In this document: piece after piece, positions 1 through 12,142 of the stretch
How the letters are laid out: every line of letters starts with the position of its first letter
How positions within the stretch are numbered: the stretch's first letter is position 1
Source of the DNA: Chiloscyllium plagiosum
Lineage: Eukaryota
DNA length: 64,000 bases
Direction: 5' to 3'
NCBI RefSeq assembly: GCF_004010195.1
Contig: NC_057718.1
Span: 5,747,110 to 5,811,109 of the forward strand
Program-made: the position numbers and the translations under genes
The notes under the pieces: model-generated
The model's input: the letters and a program-made list of their open reading frames with translations, nothing else
What the model was told of the DNA's origin: nothing
The model's database searches: none

Positions 1-150
1 GGGGGGTGATCTGGTGGCTATCGACTGGGGTAGGGGGCTGTGGAATCTGGCGGAACCGTGTGCGGGTGTCGGGGATCTGTTCTGGCGGATCCAGGCTGGT
101 GTATTTTAAGCGCGGGGTTGGGGGAGGAAGCGCTGGCCGCTTTGGCGCTC
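1..150. promoter_or_regulatory. GC/CpG-rich segment, probable 3' edge of the FBXO5 promoter/exon-1 CpG island (start of intron 1)
   Basis: Many CpGs and high G content in 1-150, unlike the CpG-poor remainder; lies 4 kb upstream of the first visible FBXO5 exon, which begins with a splice acceptor. Confidence 0.5.
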
Positions 151-3100
151 ACTGAGCAAGCTCCGAAACTGAGAAACTCAACCTTTTATTAAATGGAGAG
201 AGTTGCCCCTCAGAGACTGGTGGGTGGGGGGTATTGCAGATTGAAGCCTCTGTCCCCCACCTCCCGAGATCTAGGGCTCTTGTCTCACTGCGACATCCTG
301 AGAGAGTTGCTACAAAGTAGCAAACTGACAAAAGTTACATTGAAACAATCTGCTCTGTAGCACTTTCGGCTAAACCAAGGGTTAGACCCAGTGAGACAAG
401 TCTAACCTGCACAACTTTAATTCAGTTAACTCCTCTTTCCTTTCCCCAAGGGCGTTTGGGGAGGGTAGAGGGCCAAAATAGGTGGGTTAGAGGGGAATGG
501 GGTGGGGAGAGGAAGATGTGATCTTTCCCCTGACCATGAGTGTCCCGAGCAAGAGGCTCTCAGGTTTCAGGATAGGCCATTCTGCTCCGAGATAAAGAGG
601 AATTTCTTCACGGTGAACCTGTGGAATTCTCCAGCATAAATGGCAATAGAGATCAAATCCCTCAATATATTTAAGCAAGAAATACATTTCCAGAGGCTAA
701 AAGGACGTGTAGACAGAGTAGGGATATGATGCAGTGATAAAGGATCAGTCATGGTCATGTTAGATGGCAGACTAGGCTCAAAGGGTCCATTTTCCATGTT
801 TTTGTCCCTGTTGATTGACTTGTTGTCACATACACCAGGATACAGTGAAAAGTGTTGTTCTGCTTGATACACAGGCAGATCTTACCATACAAAGTGCATC
901 AGGGTAGCAGAATACAGTGTTACAGCTGTATTTGGGGAACTGTGGATAAAATTTTAACCTTGACCTCGAACAAAAACAGGAAGTGAAGTTGTCCTTCAAA
1001 TATATGTAACACTGGACTGTCCCCATCTGGAGAGAGAGTGGGGTAGTGATAATGTCACTGGATGAATAACCCAGAGCCCCAGGCTAATGTTCTGGGGAAC
1101 AAATACAGGGGTGCTAGAAAAATGGAGCGGATCTGGCACCATCTGTGGAGAGAGAAACCAAGTTAGCGTTATGAGTTCAAATCTCAGTTTAGAAAATTAA
1201 TATATATACAATTGTAATGACCCCGTCCCAAGAAAGGAATAAAACACACTAAGTTGTGGGCAGTGCACTCTATCACATTGACATGGGAGGGGTGTGAGTA
1301 TAGATTCATCAGAGAGATACATGAACACACTATGTTTCTCAGTATATAGACAGAGGCAACGTTTCAGATTAATAATCCTTGATTAGATGATTCAATTACA
1401 ATGATACTGGGGTGAACAGGGATTATTTATCACATTGCCTTCAGAATCTTGGTTTAGTAAGCTGGCAGGTTGATCCAATTCAGGTGTTTAAAATGAAGGA
1501 GGAATTTGATTGAGTGGACAGAGAGAAATTGTTTCCTTCGGTGGGGAGGAGTCTAGAATAGGAGTGGCAGGGTTTGGGTATGAACAATTAGAGCTGGGAC
1601 TTTTCAGGGGTGAATATAGAACAGTACAGCACAGGAAAATGCCCTTAGCCCACCATATCCATGCCAACCTTGATACCATTCCATCCTAATCTGCCTGCAC
1701 GCGTTCACGGGTGGAGAATCACTTCATACATGGAATGTTTGCATCTCTCTCTCACACACACATACACACCTCTACATCTCGCAACTTTCTGACCACTCCA
1801 GACATGGCTCAAAGACTGGTGTGGGTGGAATTGGCTTCAGCTCATGAGGCACTAGTACCAGTCCTGGGGTGGAAGGTGGGATGGGTTTCACTTGAAATAC
1901 ACAAAATCCAATATCCTGATGCATTGAATGACTGACTAGGGCTGTTGAGGGGAATTTAAAGTATTTAGAGAAGAGTTTTGGCGGGCTGGGGATGTAGACT
2001 TACAATGCAAAATAATTGCAGAGCAGTTGTATGAATAACAACACCCAGAGTGGAACAGAATGACCGAAAAAGAAAAGTAGCAGCAAATAACATCTAAAAG
2101 GAAAAATAAATGGCAAAAAAACAAAGCTAATGGCTGTTTGCTTAAATGCACATGGTGCAAAATAAATCACTTAACTACACAAATGTGTTTACAAGAAGAT
2201 CAAATCTGGGAGTGAAATATTCTGGAGTGTGTAAATCTTTGACAGGAAGGTAAGCATGACAGAGTAACTTTGTTAGTAAGAAATGGAAAAAGCACAACAG
2301 CAAAAATTGATCTTGGATCAGAAGATATAGAACTCGTGTAGCTGGCGGTAAGTTTAAAAATAACAAGGGGAAGTAGACAGTAGTGGTAGTAATCCGTTGA
2401 CTCTTTAACGGTAGCTGTGTTGTAGGATAGAGAATAAATTAAGAAATAATGAGGATGTATTAATCATGGTTGTCTTTAATCTTATTGATATATATAAAAT
2501 TCTTGGGGGACTTGACAGTTTAGATGCAGAGAAGTTGTTTCCCCTCTTGGGAGAATGCAAGACCAGAGGGCATAATCTTGAAATAAAGGGTTAAGGCAGT
2601 GAAGAGTAGAGAGTTGTGAATCTGGAATTCTTTATTGCAAAGGGCTGTCTCTCTGACATTATTAAGTATATTCGCAGTTGAGATAAATTTTTAATCAGAA
2701 GTTAGGAGGAAAAGGCAGAAATTAGGAGTTGCGGATTATCAGGTAAACCATTGAATGGCCTATTCCTCCTGTGTTTTGTGGACCAATTGGTTGTACACGC
2801 TCTAATAGACTTTTGTGATGGTTGAGGCTGTTCAGGAATGCAGAATTGAGGTTCAGATCAGAAAATGTCTGATTGAGTGGTAGAATAGGCTAAACAGCTT
2901 TCATACACTCATTGTCATATATGAATATCTAATGCGTAAATTCAGCCTCTAAATTATGCATGATTTAATCCCATTCGGGAAAATGAATTTGTTCCTCAAT
3001 CTTTAGCCTGGTGTTTTTTTTTCGTTAAACTTTCATGGGTGCCAGTGACAAGACCAGAATTTGTTGCCCATCTTTCATTGCCTCTTGAAACCCGCAGTTC

Positions 3101-3509
3101 AGAGAACAGTTAAGAGTACCACATTACTGTGGGTCTGGACTCACTTGTAGATCAGACACAAAAAATGGCAGATTACCTTCCCTCAAGGCTATTTGTGGAC
3201 CAGATGTGTTTTTATGACGATTGATTCCATCAGGTGCTGTAGTGGTTTTGAACCCAGACAGAAGTCATGGCCTCTGAATGTTTAGTTCAGTGATATTAAC
3301 ACTGCAGTTCTATATTCCCAGATGTGTTTGAAGCATTGTGTTCCTTCAATTCTGGCCTCTTCAAATCTCTCAATTTCATCATTGTATTGTTGCTAGTTGT
3401 GCCTTCAGCAGCCAAGCCCATAGGTTTCCTCTCTAACTCTCTCACTTTCCTCCTTTTAAGATGTTGCTTAAAACTTGTGTCTTTTTTAGTAACCTGTTGA
3501 ACTTATCCC

Positions 3510-3945
3510 CTTGGGTGGCAAGGCTGGTGTATGAAGAGAGACTGGATCAGTTAGGACCATATTCACTAGAGTTTAGAAGAATGAGGGGGAAGCTAATTCT
3601 CAAAGAAGCTAATAAATTTCTGACAGGACGAGATAGGGTAATCACAAGAAGGTGTTCGCGATGATCAAGGGGTCACAGCTTAAAGTTTTGGGGTAGGCTA
3701 ATTAGGAGTGAGCTGAGGAGAAATGTCTTCACCCACAGAATGGTGAGCTTGAGAAATTCCTTGTTACAGAAAGCAGTCGAAGCCAATATATTGAATTTTT
3801 TCAAGAAGGAGTTAAATATAGTTCTAAAGGGGTCAAAGGATATGCAGAGAAAGCAGGAACAAGGAGCTGAGTTGGATGGTCAAACACAATCGTACTGAAT
3901 GGTTTGAAGGACAAAATGGCTAACTCCTCTTATTTTCTATGTTTC
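3510..3945 (+). mobile_element. CR1 LINE 3' fragment
   Basis: YEERLDQLGPYSLEFRRMRG motif followed by CR1 3' UTR ending (t)ttctatgtttctat. Confidence 0.8.
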
Positions 3946-4080
3946 TATAAATAAGGTCATTCCAGGTTTTGGTCTGAGATTGATCATCTCAATTCCTTCC
4001 TCTGTGGACAATCATTAGGGTGCCATTCTCTTCATAAGATTTTAGATGGTGTATTTATTTAAAATAATGTTTCTTTTCAG

Positions 4081-4939
4081 TTTCAGTATTGCGAGAAGCT
4101 GCTGGAGAGACTACAATTCTCAATACCTTCGACATGAAGTATACCAATCGTGTCAGTCACTGGAGCAGTTGTCTGAGTCGCACAGTGAGCAGTGCCTGTT
4201 CCAACGACAACGATAATATGAAGGCGCGCTCTTGGAAGGCAGTCAATTTACAGCGTGACTCTAACTGTCCGCAGCACTGCCCAAACACAGGGTCTCCAGA
4301 CTCCAGCATCGATGCCAGAATCTCATCCTCTGCTGTGGGCAAATTGACTGTGGCGGTGCCTGCTGAACCTCAGCCGAAACTAGTGGTCTGCTCTTATGTC
4401 ACTTCTGAATCTAACCCCAACTTGTCACCGGACAGCGGTCTCTTGTCTCCAGACAGTGGTTACCTGTCTCAGCTGAATCAGTCCTCTCTCTCAGTTGAGG
4501 AAGAAGGAAATCTTGTCCAGGATGGCAATGACCGAATTTGGGGCTCTTCTGAAGACCAAGCACATGAGGGGGAGCAGCCTTCAGGGAAGAAGGTGGAAGA
4601 TCCCGCCGCCGTTTCACCTACGCAAAATCGGACAGGGGATCCTGGACTTGAGGCTAAGCCAAGCGAGAAGAACCACGCACTGACCAAATGGCAGCGGTTG
4701 CCAGCCCTTCAGGTTGGGTGGGCAGTCTGCCAGAGTATGGGCCGTGTAAAGGGCAAGCTCAGAGTGGACAAGTCCCTGCTCAAGGAGACGTTACGGGGGC
4801 AAGTCTTCACTGTGGACAACCTTATCGGCAGGAAGATGGGGCTAGAGTACGTGGACATCTGGAAAGAATTGTTGGATCGAGGATTCCCCAACCTTCTGAA
4901 AATAATCCTGAGGTTCCTGACTCTCCCCAACCTCCTGAA
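4081..4939 (+). CDS. FBXO5: FBXO5 (Emi1) exon 2: DSGxxS degron region and start of F-box
   Basis: Acceptor ttcttttcag|4081 (phase 1), donor AA|gtaagt at 4940; open frame has DSGYLSQLNQSSLSVEEEG, LPALQVGWAVC and KLRVDKSLLKE..LIGRKMGLEYVDIWKELLDRG, resembling human Emi1; in-frame ATG (DMKY) at 4134 is a possible start (439 aa product). Confidence 0.88.
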
Positions 4940-5299
4940 GTAAGTTCCTTGTTCTCACTTGCGCCCACCTAGCAGCCTTATTTGTGGTGTAAAACACCTC
5001 AGTTGGGACACGTGTGGAGCTCTCTATATGGTTCTGGTCTGCCATGTTGTGTGAAGTATATATAGGCCCTGGATAAATTGTGTGTAAGGAGTTATAAGGA
5101 TTATGCTTTAATTGAGAGGTTCTACCCATCACCAGGTGCTCAACAGTCTGGGGTCTTACATTTTGAAAGGAGAGATAATAAGATGTAGGAGGAGAATTAG
5201 GCCATTCAACCCATCAAGTCTGCTCCACCATTTGTTAAGGCTGATATGTTTCTTAACCCCATGACCCTTGATCTCCTTACTAATCATGAACTTCTCCAT

Positions 5300-5396
5300 A
5301 ATAAAACAGCAACTGCTGGAGAAACCCAGTAGCTCTGGCAGCAGCTGTGGAGAGAAAGCAGAGTTAACATTTCAGGTCCAGTGACCCTTCTTCAGG
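5300..5396 (-). mobile_element. PLE-derived hammerhead-motif element (subfamily C) inside a CR1 fragment
   Basis: Minus strand CUGAAGA-A-GGGUC-ACUG-GACCU-GAAA-U-GUU-AAC at about 5363-5395. Confidence 0.65.
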
Positions 5397-6029
5397 ACCT
5401 ATCTGTTTCTGTCTTAAAGACTTTCAAGGACTCTGTCTCCACAGCCTTTCTCAGTAATGAGTTCCACAGGTTCACCACCCTCTGGCTGAAGGAATTCCTC
5501 CTCATCTCAGTTCTAAAGGATCATCCCTCGCTCTGAGGCTGTGCTGTCAGGCCCTAGTCTCTCCTACAAGTGGAATTATATTCATCACTTCCACTCTATT
5601 CATACCTTTCTGTATTCCATAAGTTTCAATCAGATCCCCTGTCATCTTACTAAAGTACAGACCCGGAATCCTCAACTGTTTCTCTACAATAGAGCTTTAA
5701 GATTGTGAAAGGAAGAGAGTAGATATGGAGGAAATGTATCCACTTGCTAATGAGACCAGAACTAGCACCCAGAAATGTCAGACTATCCACGATAAATCCA
5801 ATGGAGGAGAAGCCTGTTTAATTAGACAAAGTTTGCAATGTGTCTGAGCTGGGCTTAATGGTGGTAATTATTCTCTAAAACCAATGAAGCTGTGTGTCTG
5901 TGGGTTATGTTGATAACTGTGGGATGATGTTTTTGCAACTAGATGGCTGTTTCTAGTGGGATTCCGCGGGTCCCCTTGGCTCCCTGTGGCACATGTTAAA
6001 GATTTGTGGGGAGGAGTGAAACAACCAAA

Positions 6030-7185
6030 CAATTGTTTGAACAACATAACAATACAACGCAGAACAGTCCCTTCGGCCCTCGATGTTGCGCCGACCTGTG
6101 AACTAATCCAAGCCCATCCCCCTACACTATCCCATCATTATCCATTTGCTTATCCAAGGACTGTTTAAATGCCCCTAATGTGGCTGAGTTACATACATTG
6201 GCAGGAAGGGTAATCCACGCCCTTATCACTCTGGGTAATGAATCTGCCTTTGACATCTGTCTTAAATCTATCACTCTTCAGTTTGCAGCTATGCCCCCTC
6301 GTAGAAGCCATCGTCAACATCCTAGGAAAAAGACTATCACTGTCTACCCTACCTAATCCTCTGATCATCTTGTATGTCTCCATCAAATCCCCTCTTAGCC
6401 TTCTTTTCTCCAATAAGAACAGACCCAAGTCTCTCAGCCTTTCTTCATAAGACCTTCCCTCCAGACCAGGCAACGTCCTGGTAAATCTCCTCTGCACCTT
6501 TTCCAATGCTTCCACATCCTTCCTGTAATGGGATGATCAGAACTGTACGCAATACTCCAAGTGTGCCCGCACTGGTGTTTTGTATAGTTGCAGCACGGCA
6601 TCATGGCTGCAGAACTCAATCCCTCTACCAATAAAACCTAACACACCGTATGCCTTCTTAACAGCATTATCAACCTGGGTGGCAACTTTCAGGGATCTCT
6701 GTACATGGACTCCAAGATCCCTGTGCACATCCACACTACCAAGAATCTTTCCATTGACCCAATACTCTGCCTTCCTGTTATTCTTCCCAAAGTGCATCAC
6801 CTCACATTTATCTGCATGAACTCCATTTGTCACCTCTCAGCCCAATTCTGCAGTTTATCCAAGTCTCCCTGCAACCTGCAACATTCTTCCACATTTTAGT
6901 GTCATCTGTACACTTATTAATCCATCCACCTATACCTGCATCCAAGTCATTTATAAAAATGACAAACAGCAGTAGTCCCAAAACAGATCCTTGTGGCACA
7001 CCACTAGTAACCGGACTCCAGGCTGAATATTTTCCATCAACCACCACTTACAGAAAGACAGTTTCTAATCCAAACTGGTAAATCACCCTCAATCCCATGT
7101 GTCTGCATTTTCTCCAACAGCCTACATGTGGAACCTTATGAAAGGCTTTACTGAAGTCCATGTGCACCATGTCAACTGCCCTACA
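6030..7185 (-). mobile_element. CR1 LINE ORF2 RT and 3' end (3' part of an interrupted long copy)
   Basis: Frameshifted ORFs with MDFSKAFHKVPH, SGVPQGSVLG, DKCEVMHFG, LEKVQRRFTR. Confidence 0.92.
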
Positions 7186-8507
7186 AGTTTGGAACAAGTT
7201 GTTGGAGGGAGTCCTGAGGAAAAGGATGTACAATTATTTGGAAAGGCAAGGACTGCTTAGGGATAGTCAACATGGCTTTGTGTGTGGGAAATCATATCTC
7301 ACAAACTTGATTGAGATTTTTTTGAAGAAGTAACAAAGAGGATTAATGAGGGCAGAGCGGTGGATGTGATCTATATGGACTTCAGTAAGCGTTCGAAAGT
7401 TTCCCCATGGGCGACTGGTGAGCAGGGTTAGATCTCATGGAATACAGGGAGAACTTGCCATTTGGATACAGAACCGGCTCAAAGGTAGAAGACAGCGGGT
7501 GGTGGTGGTGGAGGGTTGTTTTTCAGACTGGAGGTCTGTGACCAATGGAATACCACATGGATCGGTGCTGGGTCCACTACTTTTCAACATTTATATAAAT
7601 GATTTAGATGTGAGCATAAGAAGTACAGTTAGTAAGTTTGCAGATGACACCAAAATTGGAGGTGTAGTGAACAGAGAGGAAGGTTACCTCAGATTACAAC
7701 GGGATCTTGATCAGATGGGCCAATGGGCTGAGAAGTGGCAGATGGAATTTAATTCAGATAAATGCGAGGTGCTGCATTTTGGGAAAGCAAATCTTAGCAG
7801 GACTTATACACTTAATGGTAAGGTCTGAGGGAGTGTTGCTGAACAAAGAGACCTTGGAGTGCAGGTTCATAGCTCCTTGAAAGTGGAATCCTGGGTAGAT
7901 AGGATGGTGAAGAAGGCATTTGGTATACTTTCCTTTATTGGTCAAAATATTGAGTACAGGAGTTGGGAGGTCATGTTGCGGCTGTACAGGACATTGGTTA
8001 GGCCACAGTTGGAATATTGCGTGCAAGTCTGGTCTCTTTCCTATTCGAAAGATGTTGTGAAACTTGAAAGGGTTCAGAAAAGATTTGTAAGGATGTTGCC
8101 AGGATTGGAGGATCTGAGCTACAGGGAGAAACTGAACAGGCTGGGGCTGTTTTCCCTGGAGTGTCAGAGACTGAGGGGTGACCTTATAGAGGTTTATAAA
8201 ATCATGAGGGGCAGGGATAGGATAAATAGATTGCAGAACTAGAGGGCATAGATTTAGGGTGAGAGGGGAAAGATATAAAAGAGGCCTAAGGGGCAACTTT
8301 TTCACACTGAGGGCGGTACGTGTATGGAATGAGTTGCCAGAGGGAGTGGTGAAGGCTAGTACAATTGCAACACTTAAAAGGCATCTGGATGGATATATGA
8401 CTTGGAAGGATAATGGCCAGGTGCTGGCAGGTTGGATGGGGATATCTGGTTGGCATGGACGAGTTGGACCGAAGGGTCTGTTTCCGTATTGTACATATCT
8501 TTGACTC
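7186..8507 (+). mobile_element. CR1 LINE (5'-truncated RT to 3' end) nested in opposite orientation
   Basis: ORFs 7418-7828 (SKFADDTKIGG) and 7859-8242 (LERVQKRF); CR1 tail. Confidence 0.92.
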
Positions 8508-10335
8508 TAATTGCAATCCTCCAGTCCTCTGGTACTAAATCTGTAGACCATGACAACTCAAAGATCAAGGACAAAGGCTCCAACATCTCCCTAACCTCCT
8601 AGGGAATTATCTGTTAAATCCCATCCAGCCCAAGGGACCTAATTACTTTCACATCTTCTGGAATTGATAACACCTCCTCCTTAATAACCACATTCCTTTC
8701 TAATCTAATAGTCAATATCCCAGTCTTCTCTACAATATTCTCCTTTTTCTCTGTGAAAACAGATGAGAAATATTTGTTTAGCAATTTTCCGATCTGCACA
8801 GGGTTCACACACAATTTTCCACTCCTGTCCTTGACTAACCCCTATTCCAACCCTCGTCATCCTTTTATTCCTCATACCTATACGGTTTCTTTAGGGTTAT
8901 CCTTTATTGTATTTGCTAAAGACTGCTTATGTTCTCTCCTTGTTCTTTTAAACTCTCTCTTTAAATCCTTCCTAGCTAATCTATAACTCTCCATCGCATC
9001 ATCTGAACCATCTCATCTCAATGTCACATAAGCCTCCCTCTTCTGCTTAACAAGACATACAATTCCTTTAATAAACCACGGTTCCCTTACCTTATCACTT
9101 CCTCCCAGTCTGAAAGGGACATATCTATCAAGGACATGCAATATCTGTTCCTTAAACCAGCTTCACATTTCGATTGTTCCCATCCCCTTCATTTTGCTAC
9201 CTCATTCTATGCCTGCTAAGTCTTGGCTAATTGCATTATAATTGCCCTTCCTTCATCGATAACTCTTGCCCTGTGGCATGTACCTATGCCTTTCCATCGC
9301 TAAACAAAATGTAACTGAATTATGGTCACTCTCTTCAAAGTGTTCACCTACAACTAAATCAAACACCTGGCCGAGTTCAAGACCAAGTACCAGATCCAGT
9401 GTGGCCTCCCCTCTTGTCGGCCCTTCGACCTACTGTGTCAGGAAACCCTCCTGCACACAATTGACAAAAACTGATCCATCCAACGTTCTGGAGTAAAAGC
9501 AGTTCCAGTCAATGTTGGGGAAGTTAAAGTCCCCCATAATTATCACTCTGTTCCTTTCACTCCTACCCAAAATTGTTTTGCCAATCCTCTCCTCCACATC
9601 CCTGGAATTCTGTGGAGGCCTATAAAAAAACTCCCAGCATGTGACCTCTCCTCTCCTGTTTCTGACCTCAGCCCATACCACATCAGTAGACGAGTCCTCG
9701 TCAAAAGTTCTTTCAGCCACCATTATACTGTCCTTGACTAACAAGGCCACACCTCCCCCTCTTTTTCCACCTTGCCTGTTCATAATGAAAGATCTAAACC
9801 CTGGAACCTGCAACATCCATTCCTCACCCTGCTCTATCCATGTCTCCGAAATGGCCACAACATTGAAGTCCCAGGTACCTATCCATGCTGCAAGCTCACC
9901 TACCTTATTCCAGATACCCCTGGCATTGAAGTAGAGGCACTTCAAACCAGCTTGCTGTCTGCCAACATAATCCTGTCCGTGTCCTCCCTACTCTCATCCT
10001 CCTGTGCACTGGAACTACACCTCAGTTTTCCATCCCCCGCTGAGCTAGTTTAAACCCACCCGAATAGCATTTCCAAATTTCCCACTCAGGATATTAGTAC
10101 CCCTCTGGTTCAAGTGAAAACCGTCCTGTTTATAGAGGTCCTACCTTCCCCAGAATGAGCCCCAATTATCCATGTACCTGAAACCCTCCCTCCTGCACCA
10201 TCCCTGCAGCCACGTGTTCAGCTGATATTTCTCCCTGTTCCTTGCCTCGCTATCACGTGGCATGGGTAACAAACCAGAGATAACAACTCTGTTTGTTCCA
10301 GCTCTCAGCTTCCACTCGAGCTCCCTGAAATCCTG
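8508..10335 (-). mobile_element. CR1 LINE 5' part: ORF2 APE endonuclease and linker, end of ORF1
   Basis: ORF 9430-9945 LYFNARG..ISETW..GGGVALLVK..YRPP..MGDFNFPNIDW; PEDWRIA at about 8510-8540. Confidence 0.92.
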
Positions 10336-11210
10336 CCTTACATCCCTATCCCTCGTTGGTTGGCAGTGAGGAGGGAAGGTGTAGACAGCAGGAAGATATC
10401 AATGGAAAGGTCAAGTGGGCAGGAAGATGTCAAAAGGAATTTAATCTAGAGAAGTCAATCATGCATTTGAAGAAGTCAATCAAGGCAAAGTGGTGCATAA
10501 TAAATGAAAAGGTATTGGATGGTGTTGAGGAAGCAAGGAACTTTGGAGTGAATGTTTGAATATTCCTGAAGGTAGCAGTTACAGGCCCATGAGATGGTTA
10601 GGAAGGCAAATGGAACTGTTTTGCTTTTAGATGCAGTTTAGAATATTAGAGCAGGGAGGTTGTGCTGGAGCTGTGTAAATCATCAGCCACAAATTGAATA
10701 TTGTATGTGGTTATTCAGAATAAAAAGGATAGAAATGCAGGATAGAGGGGACAGAATAGACAATGCTGTTGTCAGGACTGGAAAAATGCAGCTCATGTGG
10801 AAAGATTAAATATGTAGGATTTGCTGCCTCCTTGGATTTCAGGAGGCTCAGGAGATTGGATTGAAATGTACACATTATGAGGGGGCATGGAGATAGTGAA
10901 ATGAAAGGCCTCAGTGTGCAGGTCAGTGAGTGTGAGGAGCATTGAAATCAATATCAATTAACAGATGTTTAGAAGGGAGACTAGGAAAGATTTTTGCTCC
11001 AGAGGGTGGTTGGGGTCTGGAACTCCCTGTTGCAGGACCCCCTTACTGATTGCAAAGGTGTCTGGAGATCTGCACTCTATGTTCAATCTCCCTCCTGCAG
11101 GGGCTGCAGGTAAAATACTGGAGAGTCAGATTAAGCTGGGTGGCCTGTCCTTTGACCGGTGCAGTAACGATGGGCCAAGTGGCCTCTTTCAATGCTGTAA
11201 ATCCTCAATG
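10336..11210 (+). mobile_element. Old, decayed CR1 LINE 3' fragment
   Basis: Remnants of KWA..EFNLEK and CR1 3' UTR with many stops. Confidence 0.65.
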
Positions 11211-11707
11211 ATTGTATGTCTGGAGATATGTGTTGAACTAAGATGTATGGCATTGTGGAGGGAACTTCAGCCTGGAACAAAGATGTGCCGAGAATCTTGA
11301 GCACACAGTCTGGCCTGATTTTCCGGGTCAATGATGGCCCATTGACAATTGCAGTGTTGGGTGGGGGAGCTGCTATTTCTCTGATGCTATCTGTGGTGAT
11401 AAATTGCTGATATTCCCTTTGCCCCCATTTGCTGCCCTACAGTCAGTCGGTTTAGAATGTTGTCTGACGTAAAATATCCAAAGACTGCTCCCACTGCCCA
11501 ACTGACGCCTAGGATTGAAGTTGGGTCTCTTCGAACCACACGCTTAGAGGAGCTTAGGCAGGAAAGGGTCTCCTTGAGAGGCTGCTGGATTAGTTTGATT
11601 GAAACCCCATTTCTGTTTATCAGCAGAACAGACAGTTTTGGAAATGCTCAGTAGGTCTGGCTGCCTCTGCAGAGATGTCACATTTCAAGTTCCGCATGAC
11701 TTCAAGT

Positions 11708-11960
11708 CACAGTCTTATAACATGGAGAAAAGCCCCTTGGTCCAACTTGTCTGTGCAGACCAGATATCCTCAACTAATCTCGCTCCATTTATCAACATTG
11801 GGCTCATATTCCTCTAGACCCTTCATATTCATATACCGATTCAGGTGCCTTTTAATTGTTGTAATTGTACCAGCCTCCACCACTTTCTCAGGAGGCTAAA
11901 TCCCCACACGCACCACCCCCGTGTGAAAAAGTTACCGCTCAGGTCTTTTACAACTCCTTC
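11708..11960 (-). mobile_element. CR1 3' end fragment
   Basis: Matches recurring cagatatcc..ttgtaattgtaccagcctccaccact CR1 tail. Confidence 0.75.
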
Positions 11961-12051
11961 CTCCTGCTGAGCTCCAACAAATACTCTTGAGAACTCATTT
12001 TCTATTTGTCAAGATGTAGTCATCATGCTTCTCAATGTTCTTTCTCAACAG

Positions 12052-12142
12052 CTGTGTCAAAGTGAGCAAGACCTGGAAGAGGATTGTCTATGACGATAAA
12101 AGAGCAAGCCAGCTCTTGAGGAATGCTTTGCATTTACAAAGA
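12052..12142 (+). CDS. FBXO5: FBXO5 exon 3 (F-box C-terminal half), 91 bp
   Basis: tttctcaacag| ... AGA|gtaggt; phase fits exon 2; translates (N)CVKVSKTWKRIVYDDKRASQLLRNALHLQR, like Emi1 VSKVSTTWKKILEDDK; absent from the ORF track. Confidence 0.9.

Noticed and set aside
4089..4943. Single-exon 284 aa ORF as listed in the ORF track
   Set aside because: The TTG start and TAA stop are incidental; the stop lies in the donor gtaagt, and the region is an internal exon of FBXO5
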